This document shows, piece after piece, positions 1 to 13,424 of a stretch of DNA of 64,000 nucleotides (the first letter of the stretch is position 1; every line of letters begins with the position of its first letter). A program made the translations under genes and the position numbers. Origin of the DNA: Tubulanus polymorphus (lineage: Eukaryota > Animalia > Nemertea). The notes beneath the pieces are model-generated. The model was not told where the DNA came from and ran no database searches. It saw nothing but the letters and a program-made list of their open reading frames with translations. The stretch covers positions 7,676,275-7,740,274 of the forward strand of contig NC_134032.1 in NCBI RefSeq assembly GCF_964204645.1, read 5' to 3'.

Positions 1-1879
1 ACAAATGATTACCCAGCTTTTAGAAATTTGGAGCACTTATTGAGATGTGAAGAATTTGAATGTCCAGCTGGTACTGTAAAATGTACAGCATCGTATTGTA
101 TACCTATCAGACAGGTGCGATGGTCGATCTGATTGTCCCAATTCAGAAGATGAGCAAAATTGCGAGACATTGTCATGTCCAGGAATGTTTAAGTGTGGCC
201 ACGAAAATCGATGTATTCCACAATCCGAGGTTTGTGATGGAATTGTACATTGTGAAATTACTACTGACGACGAGGCTTTCTGTAACGTCACGTGTCCTAA
301 CCGTTGTAAATGTCAAGGACACTCTGTCGACTGTAGAAATGTTGGTCTCACTGATATCAATGACCGTATCACTATATCAACTCGACTTTTAATGTTGTCA
401 AATAACAGAGTTATTTTCAATGTGTCGACGTTTTCTTCCTTTGTTTACCTTCGTATGCTCAACATTTCCTTCAATAGATTATCCTACGTTTTGCCCAATT
501 CGTTCTCCAACCTGCGTAACCTACGCACGTTAGACCTTACGTACAATAATATAACATCCATATCCGCGATTACATTCTTCGGTTTGAATAGTTTAAAGAA
601 ACTGCTCATTACAGGAAATCCAATTCAGTATTTAGAAGAAGGTAGTATTTATGGTGTAAAGTCACTGCTAACGTTTGATCTTCATGGATTGAGCATTTCG
701 GTACTTGGCGCAAATGTAGTCAAAGGCCTATCCTCAATAATTTCATTGAATATCAGCAGCAATAGAATCAACTTCATATCTAAATATGCTTTCTCCAGTT
801 TAAACGAACTCGAGTATCTCGATTTGGCCAATAATTCAAAGTATATTTCAACTGAGAAATCAATTTTCCACAACCTGACATCATCAGTCTTCCTTAAATC
901 TGACGCTTACAAATTTTGCTGCATGGCTCCGAATGTCGACCGCTGCCTTCCCGAAGCTGATCAATTTTCCTCTTGCTCTGACCTGATGGGTAACTCAGTC
1001 CTCAGAGCAATCATCTGGGTCATCGCTGCGTTCAGTTTCTTCGCTAACAGCATTGTCGTTTTGCTTCGCTTTCAACTTTCATCATCCGAAACGCGCAGCA
1101 GATCTTCTGACATCCTCGTCATGAATCTTGCAGCTTGTGATTTCCTAATGTCAATATATTTGTTTTTGATCGCGGGAGCCGATAAAGTTTATGAAGGCGT
1201 TTATTTCCTACATTCTGAAATTTGGACAAGTAGTTCGTTGTGTCGTGTTGCCGGTATTTTAGTAACTGTTTCTTGTGAAGGCTCTTTGACATTCCTGCTC
1301 GTTCTTACACGTCAGCGATACTCGATTGTAATTGATTTATTTTCCGACCGTTTTTTCGCATCCCCAAAACACGTCAGCGGTTGTTTTTGCTGGCTTATTT
1401 TAAGTTTAATTTCTCTTTTACCGCTTTCACAATTGCTGTACTTCGGTCAAGATTTCTATGGCACTACCGGAGTTTGTTTACCTATGAATTTTCTGACAAA
1501 TGGCGTTCACGCCTGGCAATATTCTCTGGGTATTTTTGCTGTGTCAAACTCGGTCATACCTGCTACGATAATGGTGACTTACGCACAGATGTACAGACTC
1601 GTTTCTGGGAGCAGGTCCAGCTCGGGAAGAATTAATCCTACCGAACTAGTTTTGGCGCGCAGGAAATTGGTGATAAATCTTTCTAATCTATTTTGCTGCC
1701 TACCAATAATTACCGTTCAGTTTTGCGCGGTGTTTCGAGTAGAAATACCGAATTAGGTGGCGGCTTGGTTGGCGGTTCTTTTCTTGCCCATCAACTCGTC
1801 CATCAATCCCATTCTTTACACTATACTGACTATTGATTTGAAGTCCATACAAGCAAAATATAAACGTCATCGACAGTAA
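1..1879 (+). pseudogene. GRL101-like LDLa + LRR + 7TM G-protein-coupled receptor, disabled; 5' end outside the window
   Basis: LDLa repeats (CPAGTVKC..CIP, CDGRSDCPNSEDEQNC, CPGMFKC..CDGIVHC), LRR array, hinge FCC..DQFSSCSDLM, TM motifs NLAACDFLM and GVCLP. Frameshift at about 115 (CAGGTGCGAT, 2 nt short of QVCD). In-frame TAG at 1754-1756 is followed by an intact TM7 (VAAWLAVLFLPINSSINPILY) to TAA at 1877-1879. Confidence 0.9.
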
Positions 1880-4595
1880 ATTACCAAAATATGGCCTAGG
1901 CGGTTCGACGCTCGCAAACCCCCCTAGGATACGTTTTTTAGACAGAGAAGCAACTACGGAACAGCTTTCTCTTCAAAAATAACGGAGTTTAAAAAAAAGC
2001 CATTTGTACATAATCTTTAATATCAATCAACTTTTATTAAGCTCTTCTGGATACATCAAATTCGCATTAATCACAATTTACATACACAAGACGCATGAAA
2101 AATCCAAAGCCAGAATATGCATAATGTGTATCTGTTTTCGTCTGACACCGTTTATTTTGGGATATTTCTCTTGGCCGGATAAGAACATACTTCATCAGTC
2201 TGGTCTTAATATGACCAGTGAAACAGAGCGGTCTGAATAAACCATCGTTTTTATATTTATTTTACAACGCAGCATTTTTTAAATTAGTCTAAGGTTTATC
2301 AATGGTAACTCGTAGATGCGGTCTTGGGTACTGGCCGGATGCACAAGTTACTGTGATGGGTCAGCAGTCAATCTTGATAGATTAATTGCCTAGGTTCTCC
2401 AGGTACCGGTAACGGAAACATGCGTCCAGTGCCTTGTCCGACAAGGGTTATCAAGTGGAAAAACACGGTTACTATATATAGTAAAAATTTAGAAATTCCG
2501 TGTTTTGGAAAATTCCGCGCTTCCGCGATATGACAACACCGCTTAATTGGCTATAGAATCAAAATATGCGTAGACTGGTGTCATTATGTTGGATTCCGTA
2601 TAGAACTAAAATGAGCTGAGGATAGTTTTAAGTTGTTAGATGTCTAGAGATAAAACTGAGCTTAGATTGGTAATAAGTTTTTAGATTGGCTAGGGTCCAA
2701 AATGAGCTTAGACTAATCTTAAATTGGTAATTTGGCCATGACACCAAAATGAGCTGGTCTTAACTTGTTATAGAAATCTATATATAAGGAAATGAGTGTA
2801 GAGCTAGAATGGCTATAGAAGTAAGAGGTTGACTTAAGTCTATGACTGTCCACTAGCTGCCTGAAAGTGAAATGATTGATGAAGTATGGGTGATCTGATT
2901 TTTCTTGCATGTGGTGGATTAAATACACATGGTAAAAATGACAGGATCTGATGGTCAGTATTTTTTATGGATGAGCGAGGGTGGTACCAAGAACGGTAAC
3001 CAACTTACCTGATATTTATACACGTCACGCCCTTTTAGCTATCAATGTCAGTACATGTACTCCTATTTATGCCTGCAGTCTTTCTGCTTAATCAACACGA
3101 ACACCTGGCATGTATACGAAAGTTGTAACTGAAATTCAGTTCTCTGCTAAAATTAAGCATGAAATATCTTTACTTGCTGATCAGTCTTCAATGCGGCTTC
3201 CTGTGGATATAATCTGGTTCATTATTTCTAAACGGTCTGGTTGGTCTGCAACAGTTCTCTGAAACTATTATCTCAATTTAAAACATACGCATTAGTTCCA
3301 ATTTTAATAATATGTTTAGAGGTAGAAAATCTTGCACGCAAACTTACGAGGTTAGTAGTATGAACAATTTAATTAGGCTTTCACATTCAAATCTTATACA
3401 GGAATTAAGTTCAGGACCGAAATCGTCAGAATTCACAAAGTAAAGTTTTCAGCTAAAAATATTCACAGAAAATAGAAAATAATAGAGTTGGATGGAGTCA
3501 GATACACAGAATAAGTTCTGAAACCAACAAAGGTCGACCGGATTAAGCATTTTAGGGCCGACCACCTGCGAGTCTCGAGTTCTTGATTGTAAAGGTCATT
3601 GGCACATTGAGTTTTATGAATTCGGTTTATGTGCTTCTATGGTCCTTATGCATATTTCAAACAACTTAAATAGTTTTTAAACTGATATTCAAAAAGTTTA
3701 TTAAAAAAAACACTTTTATTCTTCGTGATAATCTCTGTTCGTTTCGCAGTCCCGACGATAGGAAGCGCTAGTCTCGAAGTGCTAGAAGTGCACACACACT
3801 CGTTCTCCAATTATACATATTTCATTCTCCTATTGTTACGTTTTGTCGCGCTAGCGTAAGCGCTCATAATGGTTACTGTGTCGCCGGGAATTGTAATAAC
3901 TATTCCCATAGCATTCCGAGCGCGGAATCGTTTCACACGTTTCCTAAAGATAAATATTTAGCTGGTGTTTTCAGTACCGGTGCGGTGTAATCTTCTGGGT
4001 GCAAGACTGGTTAAAACTGATACGGCAATACTTCCCATTTGCGAATCGACACTTCAGGTATTGCATCATCAAGGTCGCTACTAGAGATCGGACGACATTT
4101 CGAAATTACCGGGAAAATATGCGATTACACTGACGATGGAGAGCTTGTTTGTAATGAATCATACTTGCGCTTCCGAATCAAATGACGTCACTTATTATCG
4201 GTGATTTCGGAAATCCCCGATGTTGGCATACAGACCTAATAATGGAAAACAATTCAAAAGAGACTTAGATGCATTTATTTGAAAACGGAGAAGAGAAAAC
4301 ATATACGTCAGAACCGCGTCATTCGAAAGTCACGTTTTAACGACAGTATTCGTATGTCCCTAAAAAATGTGGTACAGGTTACTTTATGTGGTAAAAACAG
4401 TTCACAATGAATACGATGATTCCAAAAATACGTTAAAAACGATGAATTATTGCTATCTGTGACTCATTTCCCTAGTAAATCGATCAGGTCAATCAGTGCG
4501 AAAAACATATACAAATTGGAAGGCTGCGGTTTATCCAAGGGAGAGTGGACTTGTTCCAGAGCTTCAACCAAACTTCAGCCAATCTCGGCATCACC

Positions 4596-4914
4596 CATCT
4601 TCACCCGTCAAGGGATTCGAACCCACTATGCTAAAGCTGTGCGCCGAACCCCTTGACCTCACGAGTCGTTGGAGTCGTAACTAGCCGACCAGAATCCGGT
4701 CGCAGCGCTTGTAACAAACCGACAGTAGACTTCCGTTGGTTTTCCCGTTAAATGGACCAATCAGCAAACGTTTTACCGAACAAGGAAGTATTTCGCAAAT
4801 CGATATATGACGTCATGCGCAACAGCGCCAGTAATGAAATCACGCTTCGTGAGGCCAGGGGGCTGGTGGAAGCGAGTTCGGGAGTGATACTGGACCCCTG
4901 GCAAGCGAGGATGG
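4596..4914 (+). repeat. Dispersed ~320-bp repeat, copy A, with a short ORF resembling a DEK C-terminal domain
   Basis: Near-identical to the reverse complement of 45212-45539; ORFs 4752-4940 and 45075-45374 share about 54 aa. Confidence 0.85.
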
Positions 4915-5104
4915 GCATCACCATGCTTTTCGAAAATTAGTTTTTTCAATCACCTGGTTTCCTTTCTCAATCATAAATTTTAAAAAGATAAGAAAGATTT
5001 TAAGTAAAGATTAAGAAAAAAAATCACTCAACAACATAAGCATAAGTTAAGAGACTTGGCGAAATTACAGCTATCATGGACGTTAGCCGTTCAAAATATT
5101 AGTA

Positions 5105-6000
5105 TATTTCTTTTTTGTCTAAGGCATTTGATACGGTAAACCACGAATCTAACGACGAATCTTTTATAACAACTATACCATCACGTCATCAAAGGTGTCC
5201 CCCAGGATGGTTGAGGAATTATTAATTTTTCAACGCCGGATGTCGACAAATTCACTATCTGGAATTTCTCGTTTGGTGGCGCTAGTCAGAACCGGATATT
5301 GGAACTTAAATCCGCCATGTTGTTCATTTACAATAAAAATCTCGCGCTTCAAGTTTTTAGTAAGCGTTATTGTACTTACTATACATCGTTTCTACTTACT
5401 ATACGAGTTATCCTTTAAGTATGATATCCTGATCATGTGTTGGATTCGATAAAACTTCTCTTCACACGAAAAAGAAAACTCACAAATTTAGCGATGACGC
5501 TCGAAACAGCTGACGAAGTAGAGACTGGTGCTAGGTCATCACTTAGTTGTTTAGTGCAAGACTCTGAAGGTGAAGGTGAATGTGATACCCGGCAACCAGT
5601 TGTAACATCCTCAACTAGTCTTTACATCGTCAAGCGTCGCCAATTTTTTTGTAACTAGGACATTTACAGTGATTTCTAGCCTTTGCGATGTGGATTTATC
5701 GTAACCAACGTAACGTGAGGATATTATATTAAAAGGACTAATAATCATGACGTGAATAAAAATGCTCATCAAAAACTTGAAGCGAAAAATCATTATTGCA
5801 AATGTACTTTTTATTGTTCTATTTATTGAAGATTTTTATTTAAGATGTAAAGTAGCTATACCAATAACAAATTATACATCGATTGAAAAAAGAATCAAAC
5901 AGGTCCAAGTGACACATTTTCTGTGAGTTTTAATCATCGACGATAAGTTCATTTGGAAGGATCATATCAAATTTGGTGGTAAAAAAGTTGCATGCAGTTA
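5105..6000 (+). mobile_element. Degenerate non-LTR (CR1/L2-group) reverse transcriptase fragments
   Basis: KAFDTVNH at about 5121-5144 and IKQVQVTHFL*VLIIDDKFIWKDHI at about 5894-5970 match LINE RT motifs; interrupted by other sequence. Confidence 0.6.
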
Positions 6001-6504
6001 AGGCTATATTAGCGGGCACTAATATTAGCTGACACTACTACTGAGACGAGGTTTTAGTAAAATGACTAAAACTTTGTATACCACGAATATTAACACGAGC
6101 CTAGAGGTTCGCGCTGGCTTGAATTCATCGTGTAGCCCCTATTACGTCATCGTTAGCGCCATCTACATGACGAACAACGTGATGTGAAAATACCTTAAAA
6201 TATACAATTTACAATCATATACATGTATTTCAGGAATCCATCACTTTGTCGAGAATGATTTACGTATTTGTGTAACATTATCTTCCATTAAAAACAAAGA
6301 CGAATTGAATTGATCATCACTACGGGTCAAACTGGCTCTAGCGGACAGCGAGTACAGCTCTATTCCATATATAAATATCTAACCTTGCTGCAAATGTTCC
6401 TCATAACATTCAACAATTCTCAACTAAATTATACTAGAAAAGTAAAGTATAGGGCGTGTCCACGGAGTCTCCCATTGCTATTGCGAAGTTTCCCCAGCAC
6501 TGAA

Positions 6505-6686
<182 letters not shown>

Positions 6687-6780
6687 TTTCTAGCGTTTAT
6701 AGCTCGGCGATTAGTATAACCACGGTAATTTTACCATTCAGATTCTTTATCCGCAGACGTTGCTTTACAAATTCATCGCC

Positions 6781-7947
6781 ATGAATTATACCTTGAGGAC
6801 ATCGACGATAGCTACGACAACCATCGCTTACTGTGACCGGCCTTACCAATTTAGAAATGTGCTTCTAGTCAGCGTGCGGCTAGCCGGCAATCTACCACTT
6901 ACCGTTGCCGGTATCGTCCTGAACACGTTCAGTATTTCGATTCTACGCCGTCAGTCGTCGGATCACATATCTCTATATCTACTGCGCTATTTGGCTATGG
7001 TCGATATTCTGTTTCTTCTATCCCGGGGTATTCAGGAACCGGTACGCTTTGTCGCTTCCTGGCTGACACAAGGGCGCCATCTTTTTTGGACGCCGGGTAT
7101 GAGCTGGCGCGTTCGACCGTGGTTCTATAAACTAGCGTGGATACCGCGTTATTCGGCGCAGCTAACCCGCAATTGGTTAACCGTACTGGTAGTTCTAGAG
7201 CGATGCGTGTCGCTGACGTATCCCTTTTTCTCCCGGTCCCAAATTACTAAACCCAAAATTAGAATCGGGATTTTTTTCATGGCTTTCGGTTTCGCAATTC
7301 TCTACTGTCCGTTCGTGGTCGGCACAAGTATAGGCGTAAAGTTTTTCGACGCTTGCAACAATGCCTTCATTCTACACTTCACCGTGGCGAAGAGTCCGGT
7401 ACGCAAACGCTTTTTCGACGGCTTTGTATGGATCGACCAATTCATCGGACCTCTAACGAAAGAAATCCTACCTGCCCTCTTACTTTTCATTCTTAACTGT
7501 TACCTTATATGGACGCTACGAAAATTAACAGCAACACGCAAAAAAATGACTAAAGAATCGGTCACAAGTCGCCTAGACGTGAAAGCTAGTAAAATGGCTA
7601 TAGCTATCGTTATTCTATTCATCGTATGCGAGGTCCCTCCATCTTATCGTTCGTTCTATGATTTTCTTTCTCGCTTTATAGAGCTCCCGACAATCATGAG
7701 CTCCGAGGAAGCCTACATTGCTCAAATGATGTTCGGCGATCTTCTGCCGACTCTAAATTCCTCGGTGAATTTCTTCATTTATTACCTGGCAAACGATAAT
7801 TTTAGAACGACCGCTAAAGATTTGTTAATGGAGATGAAATGCGGCCGGAGATGGCGGTTAATGGTAAATGCATCGACGCCAGGACCGTCTGCAGGTAGGT
7901 CGTCCGATCGAACAGGCGGCCATATTCGCCAAAATGCCCTACTTTAA
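6781..7947 (+). CDS. Class A GPCR, FMRFamide/sex-peptide-receptor-like, single coding exon
   Basis: Open frame with seven hydrophobic segments, [12 protein letters not shown] (TM2), [12 protein letters not shown] (TM3), FIVCEVP (TM6), [11 protein letters not shown] (TM7). Candidate splice acceptor TTTTACCATTCAG ending at 6740 suggests an upstream non-coding exon. Confidence 0.88.
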   Translation: MNYTLRTSTIATTTIAYCDRPYQFRNVLLVSVRLAGNLPLTVAGIVLNTFSISILRRQSSDHISLYLLRYLAMVDILFLLSRGIQEPVRFVASWLTQGRHLFWTPGMSWRVRPWFYKLAWIPRYSAQLTRNWLTVLVVLERCVSLTYPFFSRSQITKPKIRIGIFFMAFGFAILYCPFVVGTSIGVKFFDACNNAFILHFTVAKSPVRKRFFDGFVWIDQFIGPLTKEILPALLLFILNCYLIWTLRKLTATRKKMTKESVTSRLDVKASKMAIAIVILFIVCEVPPSYRSFYDFLSRFIELPTIMSSEEAYIAQMMFGDLLPTLNSSVNFFIYYLANDNFRTTAKDLLMEMKCGRRWRLMVNASTPGPSAGRSSDRTGGHIRQNALL

Positions 7948-8904
7948 TATAACAACATTTTGAGGCGTGTCGTCGAAACTTCGCAATTAGTGCACCTTTC
8001 ATTTTCATAATTAGGTAAATGTGTAAAAACGTATCAGATTTTCATAAAGGATATTCATTCTACGTGTAGAACTTTTAGGGCATATGGCAATAGTAAAATG
8101 AAATTGATATAGTTGTTCTATGATAAGTTAAGGCTGGTCATTACGTCGACCCGCGATTCGATGCCTGCACCGCAAAATTTTGGCACATACGGTACATTTT
8201 AACGTGGCCAAACCGTGCCAAATCAATCCCGCACTCAAAACGTGCTCTATTCGTGAAACGGGATTTTTCTGATCTTTATGCGTGCAAAAGTGTTACGAAT
8301 ACGATGGGCCCGGAAAATCGACGTTTTAGCACATTAATGTCACGGATTGAGCACGGTATTATCACAGATACGTTTGCCGCAGATGCATGAAGATAAAGAA
8401 GTTGTCAGAAATAACGTCTTACATATGCTTTGAATTTCAGCATTTGTCATTACCAAGATTACTGAAACAAACGCCGGTCAGCCCACTTTCTAGATTATGT
8501 TATATCCGTCTTTGATTTTCAAGATGATTCAATTCAATGAACCTTCTTATATGAGGCTTTGGCCTTAACGTTACTGAAAAATCATAGCCCAGTTGACCAG
8601 AGCAGTTAGTTATTTATGTATCATCTCGTGTTCTAAATAAGTAACATATATTGTACCGGTACCCGGAAAAAAAGTAGGTTTTGATTTCGATTGAAGAAAC
8701 CCCGCTTCCGGCCACCACACGACCACGTATCCGTTGGTTAGGCCTATACTAGAATTCTCCAAATGAGTCTACAGCAAATAATGTCTTATTTGAATTGTTG
8801 TAAGGAGTTATGACGGGGAAATATTAAAACGCGGTGAAAAAATAAATCGACTGGAAAGTAACGAGTTATTAACGAGTTGTTAGAATTCAAATCAATTTTT
8901 GATA

Positions 8905-9082
8905 TTAAAATTGTGAGTAAAGTGTGAGTAAAATACTTTACTCACACTTTTTATGTTTAAAATTGATTTTTCATCATTCGAAATCTATATTTGGTCTTAT
9001 TTATCTAGATTATTATGCTAACACTTTACTCACACTTTTAATATATGGGGTTCATATCAAAGGTTGAAGGGGCGAGCTCATA
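8905..9082 (-). repeat. Orphan Polinton-like terminus fragment (half hairpin plus AAAGTGTGAGTA repeats)
   Basis: ATATGGGGTTCATATCAAAGGTTGAAGGGGCGAGCTCA (about 9043-9080) matches one arm of the hairpins at 10323 and 38424; the AAAGTGTGAGTA motif is shared with 10494-10680. Confidence 0.65.
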
Positions 9083-9135
9083 GAAAAAATAAATTTGAGC
9101 GTGCGAGAATTTATTTTTTTTTCGTGAGCCACCAT

Positions 9136-9200
9136 ATATGTGTGTATGTATGTGTGTATGTGCGTGTGCGCGCGTGTGCGCGTGTATGTATGTATGTATG
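9136..9200. repeat. Compound TG/TATG/CG microsatellite
   Basis: Seen directly. Confidence 0.85.
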
Positions 9201-10112
9201 TCCAGCAAGACAACTATTTTAAGAACCACTTCCATTTGCGAAAGCCTGTTGAAATATGTCTTGATCAGAAGTTTATCAAGAAGTGGGAACAAAATATAAA
9301 GGTCCAATGGCCCTGAGGTTCGCCATCAAATCATTGAGTGCATATATTGCCAAAAATATTATACTAAATATGAATTAATTTGGATTGAAGATGTTTGACA
9401 CTGAAAATATGCGCCTGCAGAGGTGTGAGAATGCTGTGTAAACTATCATCGCCGAGTCAAATAGCCTACTCGGTTATATTCATCACAACAAACAAATTAT
9501 ATACGAACGTGCGATACCTAGTCGGATGATATGCTGGCCATTTTGTTTTGGGTTACCAAAACATTAGGCTTTCCCGATAGGCTTTCCCAATTGCATCAGC
9601 AGCGCCGAAATTCCCAGAATTTCCCGTATACCCAACAAGCAGCCTATCCCATTGTTTGTAGCTCAGGTAACAAGGTCAAGTCAAATAAATAGAAGAGAGA
9701 AAATTAGGGGGTTGTTAAAGTGAGGCCCTGTCGGTCGAAAAGTATAGTTGTACAAAAAACGGCAACCCTTCCAGTTGTACAAAAAGCGGCAACACTACCA
9801 GGAGGGGGAACTTGTATATCTTTCAGTTCAAGTATGCAGATTGTCATATGTAAAAACGTGCCATTGCTTAATGCTAAAAAGCAGGGTTTTTGCGTGTTTT
9901 TCAGGAATAAGTCCCCTAAAAATAACTCAATCACTATGTCATTTATGTGGCCTCGAGAACTCATTAAGCCGAACCATGACATAACATCAACACTATTGGT
10001 TAACAGCCAATGTTTGTGCCTTGTTGACACACTGGTACTCTATTCATTTTCAATGAAAACTGCCTGCTCCAGACCGTTTGCATAGGCAAACCTACGGTTC
10101 GCCAAAATTGAA

Positions 10113-10322
10113 TTGGTACCTGTTGATAGGAAAGCATATTATATACCACTAATCCAATGTTTGCAGCAATTTCTATCCCTTCCAGGTGTATTAGATGAAG
10201 TTATAGGTAGCCATTGGACATACGCGGATGAATTTATGCATGGCCCCTCTGATGAGTTTCATTTTTGGCAACATGACTTGTTTAGGCATCACCCCTCTTC
10301 ACTAATCTTAGCAGACTACATC
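10113..10322 (+). mobile_element. EnSpm/CACTA-group transposase fragment, cut by the Polinton terminus
   Basis: YYIPLIQCLQQFLS...HDLFRHHPSSLILA resembles the segment preceding the catalytic motif of animal CACTA-like transposases; similarity stops at 10322. Confidence 0.55.
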
Positions 10323-10418
10323 AGTAATAGGGATAATGGGGGTTCAAGCCAAAGGTCGAAGGGTCGAGCTCACTCTCCCCTTCAACCTTTGACTTGAAAC
10401 CCCATTATCCCTATTACT
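10323..10418. repeat. Left terminal hairpin of the Polinton
   Basis: AGTAATAGGGATAATGGGG...CCCCATTATCCCTATTACT, imperfect palindrome of about 96 nt. Confidence 0.9.
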
Positions 10419-10722
10419 CCTAATAATTTCATATAAATGAACATTATTTACATGAATTTCATATATTTTAAAATCATTTATATGTTAATTACAAAAGTGT
10501 GAGTAATAATTCATATTTTAACAGATTTCGAATAAAAATATAAGTAAAATAAATGGATAACTAAAAGAGTATAAAAGTGTGAGTAAAGTGTGAGTGAAAT
10601 AGTTTATATTTTAAACATATTTCAATATTTATATTTGTATGAGTTAGATTTTTAAACATTAAAAGTGTCAGTAAAGTGTGATTGAAATATTTCATATTTT
10701 AACATTGAATATTTATATTTGA

Positions 10723-11382
10723 ATGAGTTTTAATGAAAGTTTTGTTATAAAAATGAAGACAGAAGAAGAACCCAACTTCAAAATCGAAATAAAAGAAACC
10801 AATAAATCATTTTCACAGTTTAACATTGGAAATTATATTTCAGCAACAAATTTAGTGCCCGCAAGGTATTATAAAATTGATAACATTACTATGATTAATC
10901 AAATATCATCAAATGAAACATATTTAATTACTGAATTAATTGATACTTTTGATAATGGAGTTAAAAATCCTAAAATATTTAATACAGTTTTCAATTTTTA
11001 AGGAACTTTAGATGAAAACATAATAAACATTCTTAAAACTCCTTTCAATGAAAGAAAAAGTGATATAATACTTTCTAAAGATTACAATGATTTGATTAAC
11101 TTAAGAATTGAAAAAAGACAATTATATTATTACAATTTTGATAATAAACAAATCATCTATAATGAAAATTCATCAAATATTGGCATTCAATGTGAATTAG
11201 ATAATGAAAAATCATATAAAGATGTTGCAGTTCAATGTAATTCAGATGATGAATTTAGAAAATTCAATCCTAATGAAAAAGTGTATTGTTATTGCGGTGG
11301 TAAATATCAAAAATCACATAAATCAAAACATTATCAAACAGTTAAACATATCAATTATGAAAAAATAATAAATATATATTGA
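10723..11382 (+). pseudogene. Polinton accessory gene with C-terminal CxC...HxxxxxH zinc finger, broken
   Basis: ORFs 10723-11001 and 11092-11382; YCYCGGKYQKSHKSKHYQTVKH; homologue at 37960-38383. Confidence 0.6.
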
Positions 11383-11554
11383 AATAAGATTAAGCTGTAT
11401 GTTTCAAATATATAGTAGTTAAAGCATTGAGAAATTAGTTAATGAATAACTGTTAGGTAGTAAGTTTAATTGTTATTTGATTTGAAACATATAAAAGTTA
11501 AATATTTCTAAAATATTAAATATTTATCAATTTAATAATTTTTTTCTGAAATAA

Positions 11555-11763
11555 ATGTATGATTTCAACATACCAACCGGAAGTAGTGATTTGAAGCATT
11601 ATTTAGTGCAGGAGGATTAATTTTGGCTGCATTATATTTTTACTATGAGAATATTTCTAAAGATTTGATGAATGATAATAATAAATTGAAGAAGTTAAAT
11701 GGAAACAATCACAGAAAAAATAACAATAAAAAAGTTAATTTAGAAAATGATTTAGAGGATTAA
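11555..11763 (+). pseudogene. Small Polinton membrane-protein gene, frameshifted
   Basis: ATG sits inside the 22-nt conserved motif at 11536-11557; hydrophobic GGLILAALYFYY segment in a shifted frame. Confidence 0.4.
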
Positions 11764-11801
11764 AACAGCATCGTTGAATTTCATATATTTTGACTATAAA
11801 A

Positions 11802-12807
11802 ATGAGTGAAAATAAGGTATTAGAAATATTGTGCTGTTTTCCCTTAGGTTAGGTCCTCGACAAGACTACAGACACGAACTCTGGTATAGACTTGATATAT
11901 AATATAGATTTTATTTGCAGTTTGGGTACTTATAGTACGTACAGTCATGCTCATTGAACTATGTTACAGAAAATCAGTCAACTACGCAAAGCAGTTACAA
12001 CTGTGTATAATACATGAACATATGATACATAAATCATAATACATACATCCTCAACATTCTCCGGACCAAAAAAATAGAAGTAACAAATGCTTTTAAATCA
12101 ATATTTAAAGAAGCTATTCCAGATAAGATACAATTCGATGAAGGTAAGGAATTCTATAACAAACATTTTAAAAAACTATTATCTGATAACGATGTAAAAT
12201 ATTTTTCAACACATTCAGATAAAAAAGCATCTATTATAGAAAGATTTAATAAAACATTGAAAACTAGAATGTGGAAATATTTTACTGATAATGAAACATA
12301 TAAATATATCGATGTATTAGATGATTTAGTGAAAGGTTATAATAATTCTAAACATAGTTCTATAAATATGAAACCTATACAAGCTAGAAAAGAAGATAAT
12401 TCAGAAATAGTATGGAATAATTTATATGGAGCATTTGTTACACATGATTTCGGTGAACCTAAATTTAAAATAGGACAACACGTTAGAAATCTAAATATAG
12501 AAAAACATTTTATAAATGTTATACCCCTAATTTTACAGAAGAAATATTCAAGATTAAAAAGATAATATTAACTAAACCTTTTGTTTATAAATTAGAAGAT
12601 CTAAAAGATGAAGAAATATTAGGTTATTTCTATGAACAAGAATTATCACTTGTACCAAATCCAGATGAAATAGAATACAAAATAGAAAAAGTATTGAAAA
12701 CAAAAACTCTTAAAGGAAAAAAGTATTCTTTGGTGAAATATAAAGGATATGATGATAAATTTAATGAATGGATTTCATCTAGTAAAATTAAAGGAATAAA
12801 TGAATAA
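11802..12807 (+). pseudogene. Polinton retroviral-like integrase (rve) with C-terminal chromodomain
   Basis: IQFDEGKEF, KASIIERFNKTLK, YNNSKHSSINMKP, KFKIGQHVR, GYFYEQEL and chromodomain YKIEKVL..LVKYKGYDDKFNEWI. N-terminal part replaced by an LTR; frameshift at about 12487. Confidence 0.93.
11830..12068 (-). mobile_element. LTR (BEL/Pao-like 3' LTR with polypurine-tract remnant) inside the integrase gene
   Basis: Minus strand reads TGGTCCGGAGAA then TGTTGAGG...CAGCACA (227 bp, TGT...ACA) with an internal AATAAA; composition differs from the Polinton. Confidence 0.6.
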
Positions 12808-13411
12808 AGATTTATTTTTATTTGAACCGCATAATATGTTAGTTACTGGAGTAACCAATTGTGGTAAAACACATTTCATATTAGATTTGTTAGAAACTAT
12901 TTATAAGAATCATTTTGATAATATAATATTATTCTGCCCTACTTATGAAATGAATAAAACATATAATAGAGATATAGTTAAGATAAAAAAGTTTATTATA
13001 TTAAATCCTAAAACAGTAAAAGAAAATTTAGATAACTGTATAAAAATAGCAATTGATACTTATAAAGGATCAAATACATTATTCATTGTGGATGATTGCG
13101 CAAATTTACATGATTCAAAAGTGAGAGAAAGTGAGTTATGTTATTTAGCTTTCTCTGGGAGACATTTTGGGATAACAACATGGGTTTAAAATCAAAAATA
13201 TAATTCAATTGTTAAAGACTTTAGGGAGAATATAAGATTTCTAGTTTTATTTTATAACAAAGATAAAAAATCTATGCAACAATCATTGGAAGAAAATCAA
13301 ATTATACCTACTGAATTACATGATGAATATATGAATAAATTAAAGAATAATAAAGGTTCAAAATTATTACTGAGATTACAATTTCCATATGAATATAAAT
13401 TTATAAAATAA
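12800..13411 (+). pseudogene. A32/FtsK-like genome packaging ATPase with a premature stop
   Basis: Walker A GVTNCGKT, Walker B LFIVDD, SGRHF motif; TAA at 13187-13189, then the frame continues (NQKYNSIVKDFREN) to 13411. Confidence 0.93.
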
Positions 13412-13424
13412 CTATTTATAATTT

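Noticed and set aside
1754-1756. Programmed stop-codon readthrough in the GRL101-like gene
   Set aside because: A separate frameshift near 115 already breaks the gene and the context TAG-G is not a strong readthrough signal.
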